From positions 455,343 through 519,342 of the forward strand of contig BPJB01000001.1 of the NCBI GenBank assembly GCA_026004395.1: DNA of 64,000 bases. Reading direction: 5' to 3'. The notes beneath the pieces are model-generated. The model saw only the letters and a list, made by a program, of their open reading frames with translations. It ran no database searches and had not been told where the DNA came from. The position numbers were made by a program, and so were the translations under genes. This document shows positions 42,014-50,713 of the stretch, piece after piece. Positions within the stretch are counted from its first letter, which is position 1. Every line of letters begins with the position of its first letter. The stretch is from Patescibacteria group bacterium (GTDB lineage Bacteria > Patescibacteriota > Microgenomatia > Levybacterales > UBA12049).

Positions 42014-42388
42014 ATGCGTATCACTAAACAAGAAGAAGGTAAGAGGGGAGAAGATTATGCAGTATCTTATCTTCAAAAAAATGGATATAAAATAATTGAA
42101 CGTAATTTCCGTACAAGAAACGGTGAAATTGACATTATTGCCGTGGATACAACTGAAAAACCATCTGTACTAGCCTTTATTGAGGTTAAGACTAGATCTT
42201 CTCAACAGTTTGGTAAACCCATTGAATCAATAAACTATTTTAAGCTTCAAACTTTGCAAAAAACTGCAATTTTCTATGCTCATACACATCCTAATTTACC
42301 AACTCAGTTGAGAATTGATGCAGTAACGGTGCTTTTTGATTATTCTAATAATTTGAAAGAAATCAGTTTAATTAAAAATATCAGTTAG
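42014..42388 (+). CDS. yraN: YraN/UPF0102-family predicted endonuclease
   Basis: GEDYAVSYLQKNGYKIIERNFRTRNGEIDIIAVD...LAFIEVKTRS, the hallmark of the UPF0102 (Holliday-junction-resolvase-like fold) family. Confidence 0.75.
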   Translation: MRITKQEEGKRGEDYAVSYLQKNGYKIIERNFRTRNGEIDIIAVDTTEKPSVLAFIEVKTRSSQQFGKPIESINYFKLQTLQKTAIFYAHTHPNLPTQLRIDAVTVLFDYSNNLKEISLIKNIS

Positions 42389-42427
42389 TTCTTGCTTTGT
42401 GGAGTGAGTCCTGATATGCTTCGCTCT

Positions 42428-43828
42428 ATGGGAGAGAAAAAAGTAAAGATAGTCGCTACAATTGGACCAGCAAGTAACTCGTATAAAATTCTTCTAGAGT
42501 TGGCAAAAGCAGGTGTTGATGTATATAGGATAAATCTTGCCCATCAACCACGAGAATCAATAGTCGAGTTAATTAAGACAATAAGACGTGTTGAAAAAGC
42601 AATAAAAAGACCATTGGCTATTATGGGAGATCTTGCAGGTCCAAAGATTAGAGTGGGTAGAGTAGCCCCCAATATTATCCTTGCTAATAATCAACAAATT
42701 CTAATTACCAAAAAGACAGTAATCGGAAACACTGAGGCTATTTCTATAAATTACCCAACAATTATCCCTCAACTGAAGAAGAATGCAGAAATTTACGTTG
42801 ATGATGGAAAGATTCGTATGCTTGTTGAAAAGGAAGGGGAAGATAAAGTACTTGCACGAGTTATTGTTGGTGGTACTCTTCTCTCCTATAAAGGATTCTA
42901 CGCACAAGGGCTAACCCTTGCCAATCATGGTCTGACGAAAAAAGATAAAGAAGATATTCAACTGATTGTAAATGCAGGAGTAGATGCTCTTGCAATATCT
43001 TTTGTACAAACAGAAAAAGATGTTGACGCTGTTAAAAAACTTCTTCCTCAAGATTCAGCTATTATGCTCATTGCAAAAATCGAAACGTCCAAAGCAATTG
43101 AACAGATAGAAAAAATTCTTACTATCTCTGATGGAATTATGGTAGCACGAGGAGATTTAGGTCTTGCTGTTCCTATGTCTCAAGTTCCACATTTGCAAAA
43201 ACGTCTCATAAGTCTTGCACTCCAAAGAGCAAAACCGGTAATCACAGCAACACAAATGCTTGAGTCCATGACTACTAATCCACTTCCAACAAGAGCTGAA
43301 GTGACTGATGTTGCCAATGCTATTTTGGATGGAACAGATGCCGTGATGTTATCTAGTGAAACTGCTATGGGGAAATTTCCGGTAGAAACAGTAAAAATGA
43401 TGTCTCAAATTATCCATGATGCACTGCCTTATATTCCAAGACGACAATTCGACGATGAACATACACTGGGAGGTGCGTTAAGTTCAAATATTGGAAGGAT
43501 TGCAGATCAGTTAAATGCAAGACTAGTAGTAGCATTCACACATACAGGTCGTGCAGCTCATCGAATAGCTCGACATAGATATCCGCAAACAATTATAGCT
43601 TTATGTCCAGTCCCCTCGAGGATTAGATGGATGTGTTTTTCCTGGGGGGTATCACCTTTTCTTATCAGTCCGACACAAGGATTTAGCGATATGCGATCTC
43701 AAGCAAGAGATATAGCAATTAAAAATCCAATTCTCAAACTTAAAAAAGGAGAACCATTTCTTATTGTTGCTGGTATGCCATTTGGACAAAGCGGTACAAC
43801 TAATATGATTTTTATTGATAGAATATAA
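42428..43828 (+). CDS. pyk: Pyruvate kinase (start likely at MGEKKVKIVATIGPAS; annotated ORF begins 36 nt upstream at 42392)
   Basis: KIVATIGPAS N-terminus, ..MVARGDLG.. active-site loop, C-terminal allosteric domain; ~466-478 aa. Confidence 0.9.
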   Translation: MGEKKVKIVATIGPASNSYKILLELAKAGVDVYRINLAHQPRESIVELIKTIRRVEKAIKRPLAIMGDLAGPKIRVGRVAPNIILANNQQILITKKTVIGNTEAISINYPTIIPQLKKNAEIYVDDGKIRMLVEKEGEDKVLARVIVGGTLLSYKGFYAQGLTLANHGLTKKDKEDIQLIVNAGVDALAISFVQTEKDVDAVKKLLPQDSAIMLIAKIETSKAIEQIEKILTISDGIMVARGDLGLAVPMSQVPHLQKRLISLALQRAKPVITATQMLESMTTNPLPTRAEVTDVANAILDGTDAVMLSSETAMGKFPVETVKMMSQIIHDALPYIPRRQFDDEHTLGGALSSNIGRIADQLNARLVVAFTHTGRAAHRIARHRYPQTIIALCPVPSRIRWMCFSWGVSPFLISPTQGFSDMRSQARDIAIKNPILKLKKGEPFLIVAGMPFGQSGTTNMIFIDRI

Positions 43829-43853
43829 TCTATCTTGCAATAAATTGATGCAG

Positions 43854-45857
43854 TTATTTTCTTTGCAGCATTTTGATTTGATCACGAAGAATCATTGCGG
43901 TTTCAAAATCCAATCTATCTGCAGATTCTCTCATTTCTTTTCGCAGTTTTTTTATGAGATCTTCTTTTTCATCGGGTAAAAGTACATCCTTTTTCCCCAT
44001 TTGAATTAGAAAATCAATTGACAATTTTTTCTTTTCATCTTCATTATCTTCACTTTCAATAAGCTTTGCTTTAATTGCTTTTTCAACACTTCTGGGAGTT
44101 ATTTTGTGTTTTTTATTATATTCAAGTTGGACAGCTCGTCTTCTCTCAACCTCTGATATTGCTTCTTCCATTGAGTAAGTCATATTATCAGCATAAAGGA
44201 TGACCTCTGAATCAACATTGCGAGCGGCACGACCCATTGTCTGTATCAAAGAAGTTTTACTGCGAAGAAATCCTTCTTTATCAGCATCAAGTATAGCCAC
44301 TAGGGTAACTTCTGGAAGATCAATCCCCTCTCTTAGTAAATTAATCCCGACCAAGACATCTACATCTCCAAGTCGTAGTTGATCTAAAATGTCTTGCCTA
44401 TCCAAAGTTTCGATATCTGAATGTAGATAAGTAACTTTTATTCCTTGTTCCTCAAGATACGAGGATAATTCCTCAGCCATACGTTTTGTAAGAGTAGTAA
44501 CTAGTACTCTTTGATTTTTATTAATTCTTTTTTTTATCTCATTCATGAGATCTTTTATTTGTCCTTGTGTTGGTCGTACACTCACTTTGGGATCAACAAT
44601 ACCTGTTGGACGAATTAATTGTTCAACCACTCCGTCTTCTTCCTTTGCAAGAGAGAGTTCATATTCATCAGGAGTCGCCGAAACATAAATTGCCTGTTTG
44701 ACTCTTCTTAGAAACTCTTCAAACTTCAGTGGACGATTATCTAGTGCAGAAGGCAAACGAAATCCATACTCTATAAGGACTTCCTTGCGTGCTTTATCTC
44801 CATTGTACATTCCTCTAATTTGGGGAAGTGTAATATGTGACTCATCAATAACAAGTAGCCAATCTTTTCCTTTATGATCGAAGTAATCAATTAGTGTATA
44901 TGGTGGATCGCCTGGATTTCGTCCATCAAAGTAAACAGAATAATTTTCAATTCCATTAACATAACCTACTTCCCGAATCATTTCTAGATCAAAATTGGTT
45001 CTTTGTATTAGACGTTGTGCCTCAAGTATTTTTCCTTTTGATCGAAGCCATGCTGCATGTTTATGAAGATCTGAGCGAATTTTTGCAAAAGCTATATCAT
45101 ATGTTTGAGGATCTGTCATATAATGTTTGGCAGGATAAATTACAGTTTTTTTCATAATTTCAATAGTCTCTCCTGTAAGCGGATCAAATTTTCTGATATC
45201 GCTTACTTTGTCCATCCAGAGTTCTATTCGTAGACCGCTGTCAAGATATGCTGGAAATACTTCGATTGTTCCTCCTCTGACACGAAAAGATCCGCGCTTA
45301 AACTCGTAATCATTGCGATCATACTGAAGGTCAGCCAGACGAAGAAGAATATCTCTTTGAGTCGTTTTCATGCCTACTGCAACTTCAAGAATAAATTTTC
45401 CGTACTCAATAGGTGAGCCAATATTGTAAATACACGAAACAGAAGCAACAACGATAACGTCGTCTCTTGTAAGAAGATTTGTAGTTGCTGAAAGTCTGAG
45501 TTTATCTATCTCTTCATTAATCTCTGCTTCCTTTTCGATATATGTATCTGTTTGAGGAACATAGGCCTCTGGTTGATAATAATCGTAGTAAGAAACGAAA
45601 TAAGATACAGCGTTGTTGGGGAAGAAATCTCGAAATTCTTGATATAATTGCGCAGCAAGTGTTTTATTGTGAGAAATAACAAGGGTAGGTTTTTGAACTT
45701 TATTGATGACATTCGCTATAGTAAATGTTTTCCCACTACCTGTGACGCCCAATAACACTTGGTTGCGTTTTCCATTGATGATGCCACTGGAAAGTTTTTC
45801 AATAGCTTGTGGTTGATCACCGGTTGGTTTAAAATCAGAAACAAGTCTGAAATTCAT
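43854..45857 (-). CDS. uvrB: Excinuclease ABC subunit B
   Basis: Walker [11 protein letters not shown], helicase motifs, beta-hairpin region and C-terminal UVR domain (..[12 protein letters not shown]); 667 aa. Confidence 0.95.
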   Translation of the reverse strand: MNFRLVSDFKPTGDQPQAIEKLSSGIINGKRNQVLLGVTGSGKTFTIANVINKVQKPTLVISHNKTLAAQLYQEFRDFFPNNAVSYFVSYYDYYQPEAYVPQTDTYIEKEAEINEEIDKLRLSATTNLLTRDDVIVVASVSCIYNIGSPIEYGKFILEVAVGMKTTQRDILLRLADLQYDRNDYEFKRGSFRVRGGTIEVFPAYLDSGLRIELWMDKVSDIRKFDPLTGETIEIMKKTVIYPAKHYMTDPQTYDIAFAKIRSDLHKHAAWLRSKGKILEAQRLIQRTNFDLEMIREVGYVNGIENYSVYFDGRNPGDPPYTLIDYFDHKGKDWLLVIDESHITLPQIRGMYNGDKARKEVLIEYGFRLPSALDNRPLKFEEFLRRVKQAIYVSATPDEYELSLAKEEDGVVEQLIRPTGIVDPKVSVRPTQGQIKDLMNEIKKRINKNQRVLVTTLTKRMAEELSSYLEEQGIKVTYLHSDIETLDRQDILDQLRLGDVDVLVGINLLREGIDLPEVTLVAILDADKEGFLRSKTSLIQTMGRAARNVDSEVILYADNMTYSMEEAISEVERRRAVQLEYNKKHKITPRSVEKAIKAKLIESEDNEDEKKKLSIDFLIQMGKKDVLLPDEKEDLIKKLRKEMRESADRLDFETAMILRDQIKMLQRK

Positions 45858-46048
45858 GGCTGTATTGTATCATAAAGTGCTTATTCAACTGAGATCATCA
45901 ATTAAAATTTTTGGATAATTAAATAAAAACATGAATTTATATCTAGCGTTATTTTTTAATATTTGCATTTTATAATTTGTAATCTTTTGTTATATTTCGT
46001 CTTATTGACAAAAATACACGAATAATCGTATATTTTTTACAGACATAA

Positions 46049-46073
46049 ACAAACTATTAGCAAATAAGTTTGT
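46049..46073 (+). promoter_or_regulatory. Candidate LexA operator: perfect inverted repeat ACAAACT-N11-AGTTTGT, 13-37 nt upstream of lexA ATG in the uvrB-lexA divergent region
   Basis: Seen in sequence: acaaact (46049-55) / agtttgt (46067-73), spacer attagcaaata. A second weaker dyad acga-ataa-tcgt lies at 46018-46029. Confidence 0.35.
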
Positions 46074-46085
46074 GTTCTAACTCTT

Positions 46086-46715
46086 ATGCCCGGAGTATTA
46101 TACAGAAAAGAAAGAGAACTACTTGAATATTTAGCACAATTTCAAAAAATACATGGATATTCACCTACACTTAGAGAAATGGCAGATGCAACAGGTCATC
46201 GAAGCGTTTCTACGATCCATACGATTATTCGCAATTTAGTGGATAAAGGATATATTCAAAAAGTAGATGGCAATGCCCGGATATTAAAGATTCTTGATGA
46301 GAGTATAATTCCTACAATGTCTGGTGTTCAACCATCTATTGAGCTTCCTTTAATGGGTTACATTGCAGCTGGGAAGCCACTTGAACCTCATACAGATCCT
46401 AATGCAACTTTTCAAGTTTCAGCTTCAATGATGTCAGGGCTAAAGACGTCATATGTACTTCAAGTAAAAGGAGATTCCATGATAGAGGATGGCATACTGG
46501 ATGGAGATTATGTTGTGATTGAGAAAGTAAATGATGCCCAAAATGGAGAGATTGTAGTTGCGTTAGTAGATGATAATTTAGCGACACTCAAGAGGTTTTA
46601 TAGAGAAAATGGAAAAATCGTTTTGAAACCTGCTAACTCCAAAATGGATCCAATTTATCCAAACAGCATACGCATACAAGGTAGAGTAGTTGGTCTTGTG
46701 AGACGTTATATATAA
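46086..46715 (+). CDS. lexA: LexA repressor (S24 autopeptidase)
   Basis: N-terminal winged HTH (..LREMADATGHRSVSTIHTIIRNLVDKGYIQK..), cleavage-site region and Ser/Lys dyad (VKGDSMIEDGI.. ..ATLKRF); 209 aa. Confidence 0.85.
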   Translation: MPGVLYRKERELLEYLAQFQKIHGYSPTLREMADATGHRSVSTIHTIIRNLVDKGYIQKVDGNARILKILDESIIPTMSGVQPSIELPLMGYIAAGKPLEPHTDPNATFQVSASMMSGLKTSYVLQVKGDSMIEDGILDGDYVVIEKVNDAQNGEIVVALVDDNLATLKRFYRENGKIVLKPANSKMDPIYPNSIRIQGRVVGLVRRYI

Positions 46716-46754
46716 ATATTTTTTATTTTTTCCTCCCCATGATACAATACCGTC

Positions 46755-47480
46755 ATGGGAACACTATATATCGTCTCTACTCCAATTGGCAATTTAGAAG
46801 ATATCACAATTCGTGCAATTAAAACTCTTTTCTCAGTTGATGGTATTGCTTGTGAGGATACACGCAAAACCGGGATTCTCATGCAAGAACTTCAAAAACG
46901 TTATCCCTCTATTATCAATTCTATTGAGAATAGGCAATATCAAAGGCTTATTTCCTATTATGAAGAAAACGAAGATAAGAGAATTCCTGAGATTATTACA
47001 GCTCTTAAAAATAATTTAGAGATTGCTTTGGTGTCAGATGCTGGAACACCACTCATATCAGATCCAGGATTTCGACTCGTTCGAGAGTGTATCAAAGAGG
47101 GGATTAAAATTATCTCTATTCCTGGTGCATCCTCTATTTTGGCTGCGCTCACTAGCTCAGGTCTCCCAACTGATAAATTTATTTTTGTGGGATATCCACC
47201 CCGAAAAGAAGGCAATCGTATCAAATTTTTTAATAATATCAAAAAATCACAAGAGTCATTAGTATCAACTATCATTATTTTTGAATCGCCACATAGACTT
47301 CTTAAGACCTTACAAGAGTTGCATTCAATATTTGCAGATATTCCGATTGTCATCGCACGAGAACTAACCAAAATTCACGAAGAAGTGAGATTTGAGAGGA
47401 TAAGTGAAGCGATTGTTCATTTTAGTACACATTCTCCTAAAGGAGAGTTTGTCTTACTTATGAATACAGCTTTAGCATAA
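46755..47480 (+). CDS. rsmI: 16S rRNA (cytidine1402-2'-O)-methyltransferase RsmI (tetrapyrrole-methylase fold)
   Basis: GTLYIVSTPIGNLEDITIRAIKTL..VIACEDTRKTGIL.. and LVSDAGTPLISDPG.. are characteristic of RsmI. Confidence 0.8.
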   Translation: MGTLYIVSTPIGNLEDITIRAIKTLFSVDGIACEDTRKTGILMQELQKRYPSIINSIENRQYQRLISYYEENEDKRIPEIITALKNNLEIALVSDAGTPLISDPGFRLVRECIKEGIKIISIPGASSILAALTSSGLPTDKFIFVGYPPRKEGNRIKFFNNIKKSQESLVSTIIIFESPHRLLKTLQELHSIFADIPIVIARELTKIHEEVRFERISEAIVHFSTHSPKGEFVLLMNTALA

Positions 47481-47484
47481 ATAT

Positions 47485-47742
47485 ATGAATGAAGATATTA
47501 AACGCGAGATAGAAATTATAAAAAAATACCAAAAAAATAGAGAGTTAGAGAAGTTATGGGAGATCAGTTTGACAAGAAAGATCAGCTATTTTATTCTAAC
47601 TTATAGTAGTGTGTCACTCTTTTTTATTATCATTGGAATTGATAGACCACTCGTGAGAGCTATTATTCCGTCTGTTGTATATTATTTATTCCTAGTATCA
47701 ATAGACCTTGTTAAGAAGTGGTGGATAGAAAGTCATAAATAA
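47485..47742 (+). CDS. Small membrane protein (85 aa, two predicted TM helices), hypothetical
   Basis: Charged N-terminus then hydrophobic helices (ISYFILTYSSVSLFFIIIGI / AIIPSVVYYLFLVSI). Confidence 0.35.
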   Translation: MNEDIKREIEIIKKYQKNRELEKLWEISLTRKISYFILTYSSVSLFFIIIGIDRPLVRAIIPSVVYYLFLVSIDLVKKWWIESHK

Positions 47743-49386
47743 TTAATATTCTTCAAGTGTTGAGGTGTCACCGATTGGCTGTCTTAGTTCTTTTGCTCTT
47801 AAGATTCGTCTCATAATTTTACCACTTTTTGTTTTAGGCAATTTATCTATAAATTCTATTTCTCGTGGATATGCGTGGCCTGCTAAATGTTGTTTTACAT
47901 GTTCTTGAAGTTTAAGTTTTAATTCATCAGTTGGTTTAACTCCAGGTTTTAGAACAATAAATGCCTTGATAATTTCTCCTCTTATTGGATCTGGTTTGCC
48001 TATCACTCCTGCTTCAACAACACCTTCATATCCGACAAGTACACTCTCAACTTCAAAAGGGCCAACTCTTTCTCCTGATGTCTTGATAACATCATCTGCT
48101 CGACCGATAAACCAAAAATATCCATCTTTATCTTTCCAAGCTCTATCACCTGATATATACCAACCGTTTTTAAAGTATGAATCATATTTTTCTTGGTTTT
48201 GCCATACTGTTCGCATCATTGATGGCCAAGGAGGACGAATAGCTAAATTACCTTCTTCTCCTACTGGGACTATGTTTCCATCATCATCTACGATTTCAGC
48301 CACTATCCAGGGTAAAGGTTTACCCATAGAACCTACTTTAAGAGGAATATTAGGAGTATTGGCAATCATAATTGAACCCGTTTCTGTTTGCCACCAAGTG
48401 TCATGAAAATATTTTCCACCAAATGCAGATCTACTCCAGATGATTGCTTCTGGGTTGAGAGGCTCTCCAACTGAAGCTAGGTGACGAAGAGATGATAAAG
48501 AATATTTTTTAAGAAGTTCGTTACCTTCTGCCATTAGCATGCGAATTGCGGTTGGAGCAGTGTACCAAACAGTAATTTTATATTTGTCAATAAAAGAATA
48601 CCATTTCTGAGGATCAAATCTACCATTATAAACAAATGTTGTAACACCTAGTGAGAGATTGGCTAGTATTCCATACACTATTCCAGTTATCCATCCAGGG
48701 TCTGCTGTGCACCAGTAGATATCATCTTCTTTTAAGTCTAGTACAAGTTTTGCACTTTCTACTTGTTGAATTAGACCATAGTGGGCATGGACAATGCCTT
48801 TTGGTTTGCCTGTTGTTCCTGAGGTATAGAGCATAAAAGCATAATCTTCAGCTCTTGTGTGGTAAACTGAATAGACATCAGATTGAGATTTAATTTCTTT
48901 CTGATATTCTTCACTATCTATAATAAAAATATGTTCTAAATCAGGGAGTTCTGAACGAATAGGCTCTATTCTCTTTGCCAGTTCGTAGGTAGTAAAGATT
49001 GCTTTAGCTTTGGAATTTGTAAGGCGGTCTCTTAAAGCTTCGGTACCGAAAGTGGCAAACATAGTCCCAGCAATTGCACCTGTTTTGATAATTCCTAAAA
49101 AATTAATATAGAGCTCAGGAATACGTGGAAGAAAGAGAAAGATTCGATCGCCTTTATTGATTACATAGGAGCTTAGCAAATTAGCGACTTGATTAGTTTT
49201 TCTTACTAAATCACCATAGCTTAATTTAGTGACCACACCATTATCATTTTCAAATATAAATGCAGTTTTATCTTCATTTCCAAGATCAAGATGTTTGTCC
49301 AAAACAGAGTAAGCTATATTGAGATTTCCATCAGGAAACCATTCAAGATTTGCTGCTTTTTCTTCCCAATTGTATGTTTTATTCAT
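47743..49386 (-). CDS. AMP-forming acyl-CoA synthetase (acetyl-CoA synthetase-like, compact 547 aa)
   Basis: AMP-binding signature LYTSGTTGKPKG, adenylation core motifs (..YGxTE-like WWQTETG.. , ..GDRAWKDKDGYFWFIGRADDVIK..), C-terminal ..PKTKSGKIMRR. Confidence 0.75.
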   Translation of the reverse strand: MNKTYNWEEKAANLEWFPDGNLNIAYSVLDKHLDLGNEDKTAFIFENDNGVVTKLSYGDLVRKTNQVANLLSSYVINKGDRIFLFLPRIPELYINFLGIIKTGAIAGTMFATFGTEALRDRLTNSKAKAIFTTYELAKRIEPIRSELPDLEHIFIIDSEEYQKEIKSQSDVYSVYHTRAEDYAFMLYTSGTTGKPKGIVHAHYGLIQQVESAKLVLDLKEDDIYWCTADPGWITGIVYGILANLSLGVTTFVYNGRFDPQKWYSFIDKYKITVWYTAPTAIRMLMAEGNELLKKYSLSSLRHLASVGEPLNPEAIIWSRSAFGGKYFHDTWWQTETGSIMIANTPNIPLKVGSMGKPLPWIVAEIVDDDGNIVPVGEEGNLAIRPPWPSMMRTVWQNQEKYDSYFKNGWYISGDRAWKDKDGYFWFIGRADDVIKTSGERVGPFEVESVLVGYEGVVEAGVIGKPDPIRGEIIKAFIVLKPGVKPTDELKLKLQEHVKQHLAGHAYPREIEFIDKLPKTKSGKIMRRILRAKELRQPIGDTSTLEEY

Positions 49387-49398
49387 AATTTAAATAAT

Positions 49399-50667
49399 TT
49401 ATTGACGTTCAATCATCTGAAGTTGTTGATCAATCTGAAGAAGACGGTTATATTTGGCAACACGCTCTCCACGTGCAGGAGCACCAAATTTCACATAATC
49501 TGCAGATGTGGCCACTGCAAAATCTGCTATAAAATCATCATTGGTTTCACCGCTTCTGTGAGAAACAACTATTTTAAGACCTGAGTGACGAGCTATTTCC
49601 ACTACTGCAAGTGCTTCTATAACCGTTCCAATTTGATTAGGTTTGATGACAATACTATTAATAGACTTCTTGTAGAGAGCCATTTGGAGACGAAAAGGAT
49701 TTGTTGCTGTCAAATCGTCTCCAACAATCAATGCATATTGACTTATCTTGGGAAATACTGTTTCCCAACCATCCCAGTCATCTTCACTAAGCGGATCCTC
49801 AAGATAGAGAATATGGTATTTTTTTACCAATTCTTCATACCATGAGATAAGTTCAGCTGAATTGAGAGACATTGATTTATCTTTAATTTTATAATGCTGG
49901 TCGGTGTAAAAAGAATTGGCTGCGGCATCTATGCCTAAAAAAATATCATAACCTAGCCTTAAATTTGATTCTTCTACAGCTTGCACCATAAGAGAAAGTG
50001 CATCTTCATTTGTATCAAGGCTAGGACTAAAGCCTCCCTCATCTCCAACAAGCGTTGATAAATTATTACGTCTTAAGACGTCTTTTGTAGTCTGATAGAC
50101 TGTGACTCCTAGTTGAAGAGAGTCTGAAAAAGTCTTAAATGTTGCTGGGATAATATGAAATTCTTGAATATCCAATGTATTTTCAGTATGAAGCCCACCA
50201 TTAATGATGTTAAAAATAGGAGAGGGGATTTTAAGTTCTTGATTTTCTCTTTTTATAAAATTTCTAAGGTAAAGAAATAAAGGAAGAACAGAGCTTTTTG
50301 CGGCAGCTTTAGCTACTGCCATAGAAACTGGTAAAGTCGCATTAGCGCCGAGCTTTGATTTTGTTTGTGTACCATCAAGTTCAATCATCGTTCTATCTAT
50401 TCTTTGTTGATCAGAGGCTTCAATACCTATAAGAGCAGGAGCAATTTTTTCATGAATAATTTGTACAGCTTTAAGAACACCTAAACCTTTGAAACGACGC
50501 AAATCATTATCGCGAAGCTCAAAAGCTTCATAAGTACTTCTTGAAATTCCAGAAGGTGAGGACGCAACAGCTGTTGAACCATCAGAAAGGATTACTCTTG
50601 CCTCAACAGTAGGATTTCCTCTTGCATCTATGATCTCACGAGCAATGATTTGTTTGATTTTAGCCAT
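49399..50667 (-). CDS. eno: Enolase (start at MAKIKQIIAREIIDARGNPTVE; the ORF has a 9-codon upstream extension to 50694)
   Basis: Canonical enolase N-terminus and active-site regions (..SHRSGETNDDFIADFAVA..). Confidence 0.95.
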   Translation of the reverse strand: MAKIKQIIAREIIDARGNPTVEARVILSDGSTAVASSPSGISRSTYEAFELRDNDLRRFKGLGVLKAVQIIHEKIAPALIGIEASDQQRIDRTMIELDGTQTKSKLGANATLPVSMAVAKAAAKSSVLPLFLYLRNFIKRENQELKIPSPIFNIINGGLHTENTLDIQEFHIIPATFKTFSDSLQLGVTVYQTTKDVLRRNNLSTLVGDEGGFSPSLDTNEDALSLMVQAVEESNLRLGYDIFLGIDAAANSFYTDQHYKIKDKSMSLNSAELISWYEELVKKYHILYLEDPLSEDDWDGWETVFPKISQYALIVGDDLTATNPFRLQMALYKKSINSIVIKPNQIGTVIEALAVVEIARHSGLKIVVSHRSGETNDDFIADFAVATSADYVKFGAPARGERVAKYNRLLQIDQQLQMIERQ

Positions 50668-50713
50668 ACTTAATATAAGTAAACAAAAAAGCAATCTCTA
50701 TATTTAAATACGA

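Noticed and set aside
46813-47371. ORFs 46813..47019(+), 47023..47262(+), 46958..47371(-) inside rsmI.
   Set aside because: rsmI in frame 46755..47480 is well supported by motifs. The others are out-of-frame or antisense.
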